DNA of 64,000 bases from Candidatus Campbellbacteria bacterium RIFOXYC2_FULL_35_25 (GTDB lineage Bacteria; Patescibacteriota; Minisyncoccia; Phycocordibacterales; UBA12079), in NCBI GenBank assembly GCA_001774495.1, contig MFAE01000014.1, positions 10,573 to 74,572 of the forward strand, in the 5' to 3' direction. Below the pieces are notes generated by a model. It was not told the origin of the DNA. It saw only the letters and a list, made by a program, of their open reading frames with translations, and searched no databases. Below, in pieces: positions 9,658 to 20,063 of this stretch. The translations under genes were made by a program, and so were the position numbers. Numbering within the stretch: the first letter of the stretch is position 1; each line of letters starts with the position of its first letter.

Positions 9658-10839
9658 ATGTTTAAAATAAGAAAAACAAGAATATTTATGGACTATGCTA
9701 CATCTACTCCTATCAGAAAGGAGGTTTTGAAAGCGATGCAACCTTACTGGATCGAAAAATACGGTAATCCCGGAACCATTCATCAATTTGGGGTAGAAGC
9801 AAAAAAGGCACTGGATGATTCTCGAAAAAAAATATCTCAGATTTTGAAATGCCATTCTGATGAAATAATTTTTACTGCGAGCGGAACAGAATCAAATAGC
9901 ATGGCTATTTTCGGTGTAATAGAAAAATTAGCAGAAAAAGGGGCTGATTTAAATAAATTACACATGATAACAACTGTTATGGAGCACCCATCTATTTTGG
10001 AGTGGTTTGCTCGATATGAAAAAAAAGGAGTGAGAGTGAATTACATTGGAATAGACGAAGAGGGAATCATTGATTTAAAAGAATTGCGGAAAGTTCTTTG
10101 TCCAGAAACATTTTTTGTGTCTGTTATGTATGTAAATAATGAAATCGGAACAATTCAGCCTATTACAAAAATAGCCCATATAATAAAAGACCATAATAAA
10201 AAATTTACAGGCGTGAAGCGGTTACCAACTATTTTTCATACTGATGCGAGCCAAGCCCCTTTGTATCTACCTTTGGATATTCACAGCTTGGGGGTGGATA
10301 TGCTTACTATTGATGGACAAAAAATTTATGGGCCAAAAGGAGTGGGAGTTTTATTTAAGAAAAGGGAAGTAGAAATAAGTCCGTTGGTTGTAGGAGGGAG
10401 CCAAGAAGGAGGTTTGAGAGCGGGAACAGAAAATATTCCTCTTATTGTTGGGTTGGCAAAAGCATTAGAATTAGCTAATGAAGACAGGGAGAAAGAATCT
10501 GCCCGTCTTACAAAAATAAGAAATGGTTTTATAGATAGGGTTCTGAAAGAGATTTCTGGCTCCGTGTTAAACGGTAGTAGAGAAAAAAGATTACCCAACA
10601 GTGTTAACGTTTCAATCCCCAATATTGATACAGAATTTACCATTATAAAATTAGACAGTAAAGGAATCGCTTGTTCCTCAAAAAGTGCCTGTATGGGAAA
10701 ATCAAAAAAAGATTCTTACGTTGTAGAGGCTTTGGGAAATAATATGGGTAATTCTTTAAGATTTACTCTCGGGAGAAGCACCTCCAAAAAAGATGTAGAT
10801 TATGTGGTTGATATGATAAAGCGAAGTATTGGCAAATGA
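9658..10839 (+). CDS. iscS: Cysteine desulfurase (IscS/NifS family)
   Basis: DYATSTP, VNNEIGTIQ, HTDASQ, KIYGPKG, RAGTEN, SSKSAC. Confidence 0.92.
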   Translation: MFKIRKTRIFMDYATSTPIRKEVLKAMQPYWIEKYGNPGTIHQFGVEAKKALDDSRKKISQILKCHSDEIIFTASGTESNSMAIFGVIEKLAEKGADLNKLHMITTVMEHPSILEWFARYEKKGVRVNYIGIDEEGIIDLKELRKVLCPETFFVSVMYVNNEIGTIQPITKIAHIIKDHNKKFTGVKRLPTIFHTDASQAPLYLPLDIHSLGVDMLTIDGQKIYGPKGVGVLFKKREVEISPLVVGGSQEGGLRAGTENIPLIVGLAKALELANEDREKESARLTKIRNGFIDRVLKEISGSVLNGSREKRLPNSVNVSIPNIDTEFTIIKLDSKGIACSSKSACMGKSKKDSYVVEALGNNMGNSLRFTLGRSTSKKDVDYVVDMIKRSIGK

Positions 10840-10846
10840 ATTTCAC

Positions 10847-11920
10847 ATGAAAAATTATCTTATAAACAAAAAAGAGAGATTGAAGGGACACTTCTCTACT
10901 TCAAAAAATTGGGTGGAAAAAAATGACAAATATTTATCACCCGCTTTTTTTATTGCTGGTTTTATCTTAGATAATTTGACTCTGACAAGGATTGATATGT
11001 TTTTTGATAATGCTATTCTTTTTGGTTATTTATCCTTAGTTGCTTTCAGCATAATTATGATGAGAGCAGTTAAGCGAGAGGGAATCGTTAAATATTTACC
11101 ATTTGTTTTGCAGTTTGCTTTTGGAGGTTTGTTCAGCGGTTATGTGATTTTTTATACAAAAAGCGCTTCTTTGGCATCAAGTTGGATTTTTCTCTTTCTT
11201 TTGTATGGGTTATTTTTAGGGAACGAAAGACTTAGGCATTATTATAAAAAATCAGATTTTCAGATAATAATTTTCTTTGTCGCAATTTTCTCTTTTATGA
11301 TTTTCTTTATTCCAGTTTTATTGAAGGAAATGGGCTGGCAAATCTTTATTCTTAGTGGACTCGTAAGTTTATTAGTTATTTATCTGTTCATTTTTTTCAC
11401 TTTAAAATTTTCTGAGGTTAGAGGAAAAAGAGACTTTAGAAATATATTGGTTGTTTACATTATTTTTAATATTCTTTATTTTACAAATATCATTCCTCCG
11501 GTACCATTATCTTTAAAAAACCTAGAACTTTATCATTCTGTTGAGAAAAGTTTTTCTGGAAATTATATCGTGCAAAAGGAAGTAGGGGCTTGGAGTTTGT
11601 TTAATAAATTCACAAAAACACAAAATAGTTCTATTTATGTTTATAGCTCTGTTTTTGCTCCCACTGATTTAAACATCGATGTTGTTAATGTTTGGCGAAA
11701 ATATGATGAGAAAAAAGGCGAGTGGGTGACGAGAGAAAGAATAACGTATTCAATAAAAGGGGGGAGGTCCGAAGGATACCGAGGTTACTCTTTCATTTCA
11801 AATGTTGAGACCGGAAAATGGAAGGTTAGTATCGAGACAGAAAGGGGGCAAACTTTGGGAGTAATAAAATTTAAAGTAATAGAAGGAAAACCAGAACTGG
11901 AAACAGAGGAAATAAGATAA
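10847..11920 (+). CDS. DUF2914-domain multi-pass membrane protein
   Basis: Many TM segments, then SSVFAPTDL...GGRSEGYRGYS...GKWKVSIET. Confidence 0.8.
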   Translation: MKNYLINKKERLKGHFSTSKNWVEKNDKYLSPAFFIAGFILDNLTLTRIDMFFDNAILFGYLSLVAFSIIMMRAVKREGIVKYLPFVLQFAFGGLFSGYVIFYTKSASLASSWIFLFLLYGLFLGNERLRHYYKKSDFQIIIFFVAIFSFMIFFIPVLLKEMGWQIFILSGLVSLLVIYLFIFFTLKFSEVRGKRDFRNILVVYIIFNILYFTNIIPPVPLSLKNLELYHSVEKSFSGNYIVQKEVGAWSLFNKFTKTQNSSIYVYSSVFAPTDLNIDVVNVWRKYDEKKGEWVTRERITYSIKGGRSEGYRGYSFISNVETGKWKVSIETERGQTLGVIKFKVIEGKPELETEEIR

Positions 11921-12028
11921 AGAATAAAGAGTTAACTTAGGTGGTGTGGTTGACATCTGGCATAGTTTTGTTATCCTATCCTAGGAAATGTTACCATTTT
12001 TTTTAAATTTTAGAGTTGGAGGAGCAGA

Positions 12029-12448
12029 ATGATGAAGAGAGTGTGGAGTATTTGTTTGCTTATTGGGTTGATGTTGTGGTGTTCTACATCCACGGCTTCA
12101 ACCCTGACCCCCGCAGTTTCAGGTCTTTCATTTCACCAGGGTGAAACAGGAGACTTTGAATGGGAAATTTTAAAAAAAGGAGGGAAGGAACACAAGAGCG
12201 AATCAGTTCGCTTTGAGGACAAAAAAAATGAACGGGAGGGGTCTTTTTGGATGACGGGGGGGCATTATGGCGTCGACGATTTTAAAAAAGAAAAAATTCG
12301 TTTTGATAAAAAAGGAAAAGGTCATCACTACGGACGGGGAAAGAATCCCCCTCGTTGTGAAGTCCCTGCACCCTCGAGTATTCTTTTGCTCACCGCCGGC
12401 TTGGTTGGTCTAGCCAGTTTTGGGGCAATCTTAAAAAAGAAGGCGTAA
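12029..12448 (+). CDS. Secreted protein with PEP-CTERM-like sorting signal
   Basis: Signal peptide; C-terminus VPAPSSILLLTAGLVGLASFGAILKKKA; GGAGGAG SD; TTGACA promoter. Confidence 0.75.
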   Translation: MMKRVWSICLLIGLMLWCSTSTASTLTPAVSGLSFHQGETGDFEWEILKKGGKEHKSESVRFEDKKNEREGSFWMTGGHYGVDDFKKEKIRFDKKGKGHHYGRGKNPPRCEVPAPSSILLLTAGLVGLASFGAILKKKA

Positions 12449-12599
12449 TTTTTTATGCACGCCTTCGCGCAATAACCTTGTCGTCTCTTTGTGAGATGAC
12501 GAGGTTATTTTTTTATTTGAAATCTATTGACAGACAGGCAATAAGAGTGTAAGTTTATAGAGAAATTTTGCAGTTCTTCGAAGTTTAGAGGGGGGCGTT

Positions 12600-13307
12600 T
12601 TGCCTAAAATTAAGAACACAAGGAGAGAACAGATGCAACAAACGAAGAGGGTAAGTATGGCCGATTTTCTTGCCGGGATGGTTGGTAACGACGAATCGTT
12701 CATTTTTGGGGTACCCCGTGAGACGATGGCAAGGGAAAGCCCTAAAGATCGTCTTCTGCGAAAAGCAGTGACCGACGGAGAGGCTGCCAAACCGATTGAC
12801 CTCCTTTCTGTCCATGCGGAAACCGTTTCGGCCCTTGCCGCGGCCGACTATTTCCAGGAGCTCTTGGATCTGTCACTCGCGACGAGTGAAGATCTTCGAA
12901 ACAAACTCGAGGTGATGACTCATATCAAGAATGTTCAGGAGAAAAGGGCGAACTCTTTATTCAAAAGGCTGAAGGGGCTCTCTGAGGAAGAGCCTCTCAA
13001 GCAGGCGGTAGTCACGCGGATGAAGAGCCGGATAGCATCTCTGGAGGAGATCACAAACGCCCTTGCCGAGGAAAACGAGCTTCTTATGGAAGCTCTCGAC
13101 ACAATCTCTGCACTCATTGCCTCTCCTCCCAAGTGTTCCCCTCCGGCGAAGAAGGATCGGGTACCTTTAATCAAGCGGATTAAGGAAATCTCGGATGCCT
13201 TTGGTAGTTCCTTCATTCCGTTGGATCAGGCTCCTAAGCCAGGCTGGGTGGAACCGGAAAAAGATTGGCCTCGGTTGCCCATCGACAAACCGAAGTCCGA
13301 GTGTTAG
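12600..13307 (+). CDS. Hypothetical coiled-coil protein, GC-rich relative to window
   Basis: 235-aa ORF with upstream TTGACA promoter and downstream hairpin. Confidence 0.65.
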   Translation: MPKIKNTRREQMQQTKRVSMADFLAGMVGNDESFIFGVPRETMARESPKDRLLRKAVTDGEAAKPIDLLSVHAETVSALAAADYFQELLDLSLATSEDLRNKLEVMTHIKNVQEKRANSLFKRLKGLSEEEPLKQAVVTRMKSRIASLEEITNALAEENELLMEALDTISALIASPPKCSPPAKKDRVPLIKRIKEISDAFGSSFIPLDQAPKPGWVEPEKDWPRLPIDKPKSEC

Positions 13308-13513
13308 GGGAAATCCGGCTATAGCCGTTTTCCCAAGAGTTTCACGCCGCGCGCCCTTCACAGGGTTGCGCGGTGTTTTTTATTTAAAATCATCTTTTAT
13401 AAACTCACCCTTTTATTTTATCTGTTGATTTATAAAATTATTTATAATACAATAGTTCTTGCCTATATTTTGGGTTAGTTTCATTTTGAAATTAGTTGAT
13501 TTGTTTACGTTTT

Positions 13514-13587
13514 GGGCCAGTAGCTCAGTTGGCTAGAGCGCCTCATTTGCACTGAGGAGGTCGGGGGTTCGATTCCTCTCTGGTCCA
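13514..13587 (+). tRNA. tRNA-Ala(TGC)
   Basis: Acceptor gggccag/ctggtcc, loop ttTGCac, GGTTCGATTCC. Confidence 0.94.
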
Positions 13588-13848
13588 CACAACCAAAATA
13601 AAACACCATTTTTTTAGATGGTGTTTTATTTTGTGTTGCTGTGCCAGAAGAAAGCAAACTGCTTTGCTTTCGTGAGGAATCGAAAGGCGGAATCATGTTT
13701 TGCGAAGCAAAACAGACGAGCCGGGGTCGCGAGCACTTAATAGATTTCGAGCCGAAGACGAAGAAATATATTTAGTGACTCGTGACCGATTCCTCTCTGG
13801 TCCATATTTTTACTTAGAACTGGGGACCGATTCCTCTCTGGTCCACCA
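13588..13848 (+). repeat. Structured element with two extra copies of the tRNA-Ala 3' end
   Basis: cgattcctctctggtcca at 13570, 13787 and 13828 (last followed by CCA); antisense gaggaatcgaa at 13674. Confidence 0.88.
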
Positions 13849-14074
13849 AAATCTAGACCCAAAAGCGACAGCTTTCGGGCCTAGATTTTGGTGGAATATT
13901 CTAGACTTTGCGCGAAATTATTTTGAGAACGAATGAAGCTTACGCTCCGATTTCTTCTAAACTTTAAACCGCCTGCTACGCCCCACTAAAGCGGAAGTTT
14001 CGGCGAAACGACTTGTCGCCTCCGTAAACTCTGGCGACAACCAACACCAAAAAAATTCTTTTCCTTTTCTCTCT

Positions 14075-14275
14075 AGGGTCTGTTCAAGATTTCACCGCAA
14101 ACATATATTATTTACTACTCTAAAGAGTAGAGTTTGCTTGTCGGCTAAAACTTCATAATTTTGGCTACAAATTTTTAAAATTTCGTCAGTATATCTTGAT
14201 ATACTTCTTCAATTTTTAAAATTTTCGCACAAAATTCTGAAGTTTTATCTCGACATGAAATCTTGAACAAACTCT
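14075..14275. mobile_element. MITE-like element (201 bp)
   Basis: Terminal inverted repeats agggtctgttcaagatttca / tgaaatcttgaacaaactct (18/20 match), internal palindromes, no ORF. Confidence 0.65.
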
Positions 14276-14400
14276 TGAAATTTGGGGGGGGCGAAAAAAG
14301 AAAGGAAAAAACGCAAAGAAATTTTTTTGGGTTGGTTTCGAACTTATAGGCAGTATCTTAATACTTTAAGATGCTGCCCGCTTCTAGCCATTTTTTGTTC

Positions 14401-14426
14401 CAACGGCTCAACGACTTGAGCCGTTG
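14401..14426. repeat. Palindrome caacggctcaa-cgac-ttgagccgttg, copy 1 of 3
   Basis: Near-identical copies at 18387-18410 and 20755-20780. Confidence 0.85.
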
Positions 14427-14496
14427 GTTTATCGACATACCGTTATATTATAATATAACATTGTGGTATACTATAACAAGCGATATACTGTTGATA

Positions 14497-14703
14497 ATGA
14501 ATGGTGAATCTGAAAAACTTGGTAAAAATTTAAATAAAATTAGAACAAGTAAAAAAATATCGCAAGGTGATATTGCTCGCTCGTTAGGAGTTAGCCGTGG
14601 TTTTATTAGTAACATAGAAAATGGTAAAACTAACCCTACACTTGCAACGATTAGTAAAATAGCAAAAGCTGTTGGTGTTTCTACTGACGAATTATTAAAA
14701 TAA
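14497..14703 (+). CDS. XRE-family HTH regulator (possible RM controller protein)
   Basis: ISQGDIARSLGVSRGFISNIENGKTNPTL; stop codon 2 nt before the methyltransferase start. Confidence 0.88.
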   Translation: MNGESEKLGKNLNKIRTSKKISQGDIARSLGVSRGFISNIENGKTNPTLATISKIAKAVGVSTDELLK

Positions 14704-14705
14704 TT

Positions 14706-15776
14706 ATGAGTAAAGAAAAAACAAGTTCAAATAGTAACCTACATAAAGCTAATAGGGCAAAAAAAGACGAGTTTTATACTCAGCTTATTGATATTGAAAA
14801 GGAGTTAAAACACTACAAAGAACAATTTCGTGACAAGGTAGTATATTGTAACTGCGATGACCCCTTTGAAAGTAATTTTTTCAAATATTTTGCCTCAAAC
14901 TTTAATGTTCTGGGCTTAAAAAAACTCATTGCCACCAGTTACAAACCATCCCCAATTGCTAATACTCAATTAGGATTATTTGGTGATGACAAAAAACTCT
15001 CAAAATCAAAAGGTCGCCCAAAAACAACAGCTAATAAATTTATCATCAACGAAGCTAGTGATTTTGATGGTGATGGTGCATTTGACCTTCATGATATAGC
15101 AGAACAACTAAAGGCTAATAAAAATAATGAGTGGGCTCCTCTTAAAGGTGATGGGGATTTTAAAAGCCCAGAAAGTATAGAACTTTTAAAACAAGCAGAT
15201 ATTGTCGTAACTAATCCACCTTTTTCATTATTTAGGGAATATGTTGCTCAATTAGTTGAGTATGATAAAAAATTTTTAATATTAGGTCAGCAGGGAGCGG
15301 TGATCTATAAAGAATTTATTCCTCTAATCAAAGAAAATAAAGTTTGGCTCGGACATGATAATGGTGGAACAAAATGGTTTCAAGTTCCTATGGATTATGA
15401 CATCCCAACAGAATCAAGAAAAAAAAATGTTGACGGTGTAAAATATTTCAGCATGGGAAGTGTTAATTGGTATACAAATCTCGAAGTTGCTCGTCGCCAC
15501 AATGATCTTGTATTATATAAAAAATATAATCCTAAGGAATATTTTAAATATGATAATTATGATGGAATTAACGTAAATAGATATATCGATATCCCAATGG
15601 ATTATGAAGGAGTAATGGGTGTACCAATTACTTTTCTTAACTACCATAACCCTGATCAGTTTGAGATTATAGGATTAGATAGGTACACGGGAAAGAATGG
15701 AGATAAAGATTTTACTATTAACGGGAAAATGTTGTTTCGTCGTATATTAATTAAAAATAAAAGACCACAAAAATAA
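14706..15776 (+). CDS. Adenine DNA methyltransferase, EcoRI-methylase-like family
   Basis: AKKDEFYT, VYCNCDDP, GDGDFKS, VVTNPPFSLFREY, MGVPITF. Confidence 0.9.
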   Translation: MSKEKTSSNSNLHKANRAKKDEFYTQLIDIEKELKHYKEQFRDKVVYCNCDDPFESNFFKYFASNFNVLGLKKLIATSYKPSPIANTQLGLFGDDKKLSKSKGRPKTTANKFIINEASDFDGDGAFDLHDIAEQLKANKNNEWAPLKGDGDFKSPESIELLKQADIVVTNPPFSLFREYVAQLVEYDKKFLILGQQGAVIYKEFIPLIKENKVWLGHDNGGTKWFQVPMDYDIPTESRKKNVDGVKYFSMGSVNWYTNLEVARRHNDLVLYKKYNPKEYFKYDNYDGINVNRYIDIPMDYEGVMGVPITFLNYHNPDQFEIIGLDRYTGKNGDKDFTINGKMLFRRILIKNKRPQK

Positions 15777-15780
15777 TGAT

Positions 15781-16884
15781 ATGATAATAAATTTACATAA
15801 GATTAAAATCTCTGAGATTGTAAAGGATTATAAGGACAGCGATGAAGAAGGGGTGTCTGCTTTTGGTGGTAAATTAGATATTCGTCCTAAGTATCAAAGA
15901 GAGTTTGTATATAGTGGTAAACAAAGAGATGAAGTGATCAGAACTGTCAAAAATGGTTTTCCTTTAAATGTTATGTATTGGGTGAAAAAAGAAGACAAAA
16001 ATTTTGAAGTACTTGATGGACAACAAAGGACAATTAGTATCGCCCAATTTGTAAATGGAGATTTTTCAATTGAATTTAACGGAAGAATCGCAATGTTTCA
16101 TAATCTAACTAAAGAAGAACAAGAGCAGATTATGAATTATGATCTTATGATTTATCACTGTGAAGGAACCGATAAGGAAAAGCTCGACTGGTTTAAGATT
16201 ATTAATATTGCTGGTGAGAAATTGTTTCCTCAAGAGCTACGAAATGCTGTGTATACTGGCCCATGGCTTTCAGATGCAAAGCTGAAGTTTAGTAAATCAA
16301 ATTGTGCGTCTTATTTGTTAGCAAATGACGGTGGTCAATTAATAACAGGTTCTCCTATAAGACAAGAGTATCTAGAAACTGCATTATCATGGATAAACAA
16401 TGATGAAATAGAACAATATATGGCACAACATCAACATGACAAAGATGCAGATGAGTTGTGGCAGTATTTTCAAAATGTAATCCATTGGGTACGGAAAACT
16501 TTTCCTCATTATAGAAAAGAGATGTCAGGCGTAAATTGGGGCGAACTCTATAACGCATTTAAAAACAAAAAACTTAATCCAGAAAAATTAGAGAAAGAAA
16601 TTAAAAGATTGATGCAAGATGAAGACGTCACAAAAAAATCTGGGATCTATTCATATATATTAACTCTCAAGGAGCGATACCTTTCTATACGGGCATTCAC
16701 ACCAAATATGAAACGTGAAGCATATGAAAGACAAAATGGTGTTTGCCCTGAATGTAATAAAGATTTTTCACTTTCAGAAATGGAAACGGATCATATTGAT
16801 CCGTGGCATGAAGGTGGAAGAACAATAGCAGAAAATTGCCAGATGTTATGCAAAGAATGTAATAGACGAAAATCTGGAAAATAA
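15781..16884 (+). CDS. DUF262 (GmrS-like) + HNH endonuclease
   Basis: PKYQREFVY, LDGQQR, FKIINIAG; C-terminal CPEC...DHIDPWHEGG...NCQMLCKECN. Confidence 0.9.
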   Translation: MIINLHKIKISEIVKDYKDSDEEGVSAFGGKLDIRPKYQREFVYSGKQRDEVIRTVKNGFPLNVMYWVKKEDKNFEVLDGQQRTISIAQFVNGDFSIEFNGRIAMFHNLTKEEQEQIMNYDLMIYHCEGTDKEKLDWFKIINIAGEKLFPQELRNAVYTGPWLSDAKLKFSKSNCASYLLANDGGQLITGSPIRQEYLETALSWINNDEIEQYMAQHQHDKDADELWQYFQNVIHWVRKTFPHYRKEMSGVNWGELYNAFKNKKLNPEKLEKEIKRLMQDEDVTKKSGIYSYILTLKERYLSIRAFTPNMKREAYERQNGVCPECNKDFSLSEMETDHIDPWHEGGRTIAENCQMLCKECNRRKSGK

Positions 16885-16888
16885 AATT

Positions 16889-17998
16889 ATGAAAAAAATC
16901 GAAGTAAAAATCACAGAAAAAGATAAGGGTACAAAAGACCTGTCCTTGCTTAACCTACGCGATGAAGTTGTTAATTTTCTATATAAAGATACCGTTGCTA
17001 ATTCAACAAAAACAGACATGCAATTCTTCGTTTTGCTTTTCTTTGCGTCTATTCAAGTTGAACAAAAGACCTTTTTGGAAAAAATTTTAGAAGACGGTGT
17101 GCCGAAATTCAAAAAGCTAAATGCAGTATTTTCAAACAGAAAAGGATATTTACATGCAGGAGAGTATAAAAAGATGGTTGACGAACATGGGCTTACTGAG
17201 TTGTTTAAAAACGATATTTTCTTTGTAATTATTGAAGCCGTTTTAAATATTGACGAAATAAAAAGTCGTTTCTCTGAGCTTTTTGAAAAACATAAAAAAT
17301 TAGGAGATTCCATAATTTCAATCGGAGAAAAATATTCAAGAGATTTAGAAGAAAGTTTCAAAGATTTCCAGACCTCAAGAATTCAGGACGATAGATACGA
17401 TGAGCACGGAAATTATCATGATTTAAGCAAAAGCGTATATAGGACTGTTAGGATGCGAAATTCTAGGAACCTTGATTTAAATCTTCAGCGATATACCTCA
17501 ATAAAGAAGATTACCAGTGAATCGCCAGTTGATTTAACCTTTCTTCAACATATTGATCCACAAATCATTTTTGATTTGTGGGATAAGTATCAAGTTGCTG
17601 AATACATGAAGTCAATGTGGAGTACAGCAAATAATAGCCCGATAATCGCTAATACAGTTGGGGGTATTTTTGGTGGATTGGTTGTGCTGTATGCTCAATG
17701 GAAACTTATCGACGGAAGAAAAAATAGAACAGAAAAAAAGAAAGCGAAGCAAAAATTCGAAAAATCAAAAACAGAGAACGGACATATTCTTGATGATCTT
17801 ACACTTAGGCTTGTTGATTCTGTGTTAAAGGCAAACGAAAGATTAGAAAAAGAGGTTGAGGTAAATAGAACAAAAGTTCGAGAACTTTCGAGTGAAAATC
17901 TCCTGATTCAAGATAAAGATAAAATAAAAAAGCTTGAAGAGCGAATTGCTCAACTTGAAAACTTATCTGTACAAGCAAAAGTTATTGACTATAAGTAG
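16889..17998 (+). CDS. Hypothetical protein with one predicted TM helix and C-terminal coiled coil
   Basis: 369-aa ORF starting 4 nt after the HNH gene. Confidence 0.75.
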   Translation: MKKIEVKITEKDKGTKDLSLLNLRDEVVNFLYKDTVANSTKTDMQFFVLLFFASIQVEQKTFLEKILEDGVPKFKKLNAVFSNRKGYLHAGEYKKMVDEHGLTELFKNDIFFVIIEAVLNIDEIKSRFSELFEKHKKLGDSIISIGEKYSRDLEESFKDFQTSRIQDDRYDEHGNYHDLSKSVYRTVRMRNSRNLDLNLQRYTSIKKITSESPVDLTFLQHIDPQIIFDLWDKYQVAEYMKSMWSTANNSPIIANTVGGIFGGLVVLYAQWKLIDGRKNRTEKKKAKQKFEKSKTENGHILDDLTLRLVDSVLKANERLEKEVEVNRTKVRELSSENLLIQDKDKIKKLEERIAQLENLSVQAKVIDYK

Positions 17999-18081
17999 AT
18001 GATAGGGAGCCACGCTTGCGCGCTTATGAGCAGGTGAGGCAATCACAATATGATTTGTTTATGGTGTGTTAAAATAAACTT

Positions 18082-18372
18082 ATGAATTTTATACTTTTAA
18101 TAATAGTTGCAATAGCAGGAATAATTATCGGAAGTTATTTTGGTGTGAAAAAAGATGGTTTGATTTTTGGGCAAACGAAGAAAAAGAAAGAAAACAAGGA
18201 AAGAATATTGAAATTTTTGGAAACTAATGAAAAAGTGACAAATAATGATATTGAGAAATTATTAGGAGTATCTGATGCAACTGCAACAAGGTATCTAAAT
18301 GAATTAGAAAAAGAGCAAAAAATCAAACAAATCGGCACGGTCGGTCATGCCGTATATTATCGCTTAATGTAG
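18082..18372 (+). CDS. Membrane-anchored winged-helix protein
   Basis: N-terminal TM; VTNNDIEKLLGVSDATATRYLNELEK. Confidence 0.8.
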   Translation: MNFILLIIVAIAGIIIGSYFGVKKDGLIFGQTKKKKENKERILKFLETNEKVTNNDIEKLLGVSDATATRYLNELEKEQKIKQIGTVGHAVYYRLM

Positions 18373-18420
18373 CCACGAAGTGGCTGAACGGCTCAACGAG
18401 TTGAGCCGTTGAAAAGATTT

Positions 18421-20061
18421 ATGAAAGACAAAGAATATTATTCAAATTTTGAAAACCAGCGTGATGAACACACTCAGAATATTTTAGGTTCGGAAAGCAA
18501 AAATAAAATTATTCTTGCTGGACCAGGAACTGGAAAAAGTTATTTATTTCAACAAATATGTAAAAACAATATTGAAAATGATCTTAACAACAATTTGACT
18601 CTATCTTTTATCAACGAATTAGTTAATGATTTATCAAAAGATTTACACGGACTTTCTGATGTAAAAACATTACACAGTTTTGCCTTAAAAAACATCTCTA
18701 AAAATACTAATTTTTTTATGAATTTAGGTGATGTAATTCAAGAAGATTATAAAATTATAAAAAATAAAGAAGTTAGTTTTAAAGATATATTTTATAACCT
18801 TGAGGAAGAAAAAGAAGACGAATTAAATTTTTATTCAGAAAGGAGAAAATTTTATAATTTCTTTGGTCCAAACTGTTCTATATATACATTAATAAAAATA
18901 TTTGAAAATAATGAAGAAAAAATTCCAAAATATTCTCAAATTTTAATAGATGAATTTCAAGACTTTAATAAATTAGAAAGCCGCCTGATAGACTTATTGG
19001 CAGAAAAAAACTCAATGGTCATTGCTGGGGACGATGACCAATCATTATATTCTTTCAAAAATGCAAATCCTCAAGAAATAAGAGACAAACACAAATCAGA
19101 AGAATATACATCTTTTGAGTTACCTTTTTGTTCAAGATGTCCTGAAGTTATAATAAATTCTTTTCATAATATAGTCGACAAAGCTAAGGCAGAAGGTTTT
19201 TTGAAAGATAGAATTTCAAAAGAATACAAGTATTTTCCTTCAGTAGAAAAAGACCTACTATCATCGCAAAACCCTAAACTCATAATAAATAAAGGGGTAT
19301 ATCAAAACCAAATTGCTTTTAACATTGAAAAAGAAATAAAAAGCATATCTGATTCAGGAAAAAAAGATTTTTCTGTTTTAGTAATATGTTCTTTAAAATC
19401 ACAAATAAAAAGCTTAGAGAAAGCTTTGCGTAAAAAAGGCTTTAATAATATTGAATCACCTCAAGAAAAGAAAGGAGGTGATTTAATTGACGGGCTAAAA
19501 TTGTTACAAAAAGATAAAGAATGTAATTTAGGGTGGAGAATTGTCTCAAAAATAATTTTAGAAAATAATAATAAAGATATTAAAGATATTATTAAAAAAA
19601 GCCACTCTAATTTAAATAAAAAATTTTATGAATTATTAGATAAAAATGATGTTAAATATATAAAACAAGTACTCGCAATATTTAAAAAAGTTAATGAAAA
19701 TAAATCATTAAAAAAAGAAGAGTATCAAAAAATTTTAGATTGTTTCGGTTATAATCAAGAAAATATTGTGTTAGAAAAATTAAAAGAAGATTTTCAAGAT
19801 AACAATAATCAAAAAACAAATTACAAGAATATACCTATAAAAATAACAACCATTCTCGGCTCAAAAGGGCTGACCAATGATTATGTCTTTCTTGTCAATT
19901 TTGATGATGGATATCTTTTTGGAAAAGAGAAAAAAATAACTGATGAAAATATTTGTAAATTTTTAGTTGCGTTAACAAGAGCAAAGAAAAAAATCTATCT
20001 TTATGCAAACAACAACAAGTTACCTACTTTTGTAAATTGGATTGATAAAAATAATTATTAA
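18421..20061 (+). CDS. UvrD/Rep-family SF1 helicase
   Basis: AGPGTGKS, TLHSF, IDEFQD, GDDDQSLYSF, SKGL, VALTRAK. Confidence 0.9.
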   Translation: MKDKEYYSNFENQRDEHTQNILGSESKNKIILAGPGTGKSYLFQQICKNNIENDLNNNLTLSFINELVNDLSKDLHGLSDVKTLHSFALKNISKNTNFFMNLGDVIQEDYKIIKNKEVSFKDIFYNLEEEKEDELNFYSERRKFYNFFGPNCSIYTLIKIFENNEEKIPKYSQILIDEFQDFNKLESRLIDLLAEKNSMVIAGDDDQSLYSFKNANPQEIRDKHKSEEYTSFELPFCSRCPEVIINSFHNIVDKAKAEGFLKDRISKEYKYFPSVEKDLLSSQNPKLIINKGVYQNQIAFNIEKEIKSISDSGKKDFSVLVICSLKSQIKSLEKALRKKGFNNIESPQEKKGGDLIDGLKLLQKDKECNLGWRIVSKIILENNNKDIKDIIKKSHSNLNKKFYELLDKNDVKYIKQVLAIFKKVNENKSLKKEEYQKILDCFGYNQENIVLEKLKEDFQDNNNQKTNYKNIPIKITTILGSKGLTNDYVFLVNFDDGYLFGKEKKITDENICKFLVALTRAKKKIYLYANNNKLPTFVNWIDKNNY

Positions 20062-20063
20062 AA

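Noticed and set aside
18421-20061. Gabija system
   Set aside because: No OLD-family ATPase/TOPRIM nuclease recognised next to the helicase
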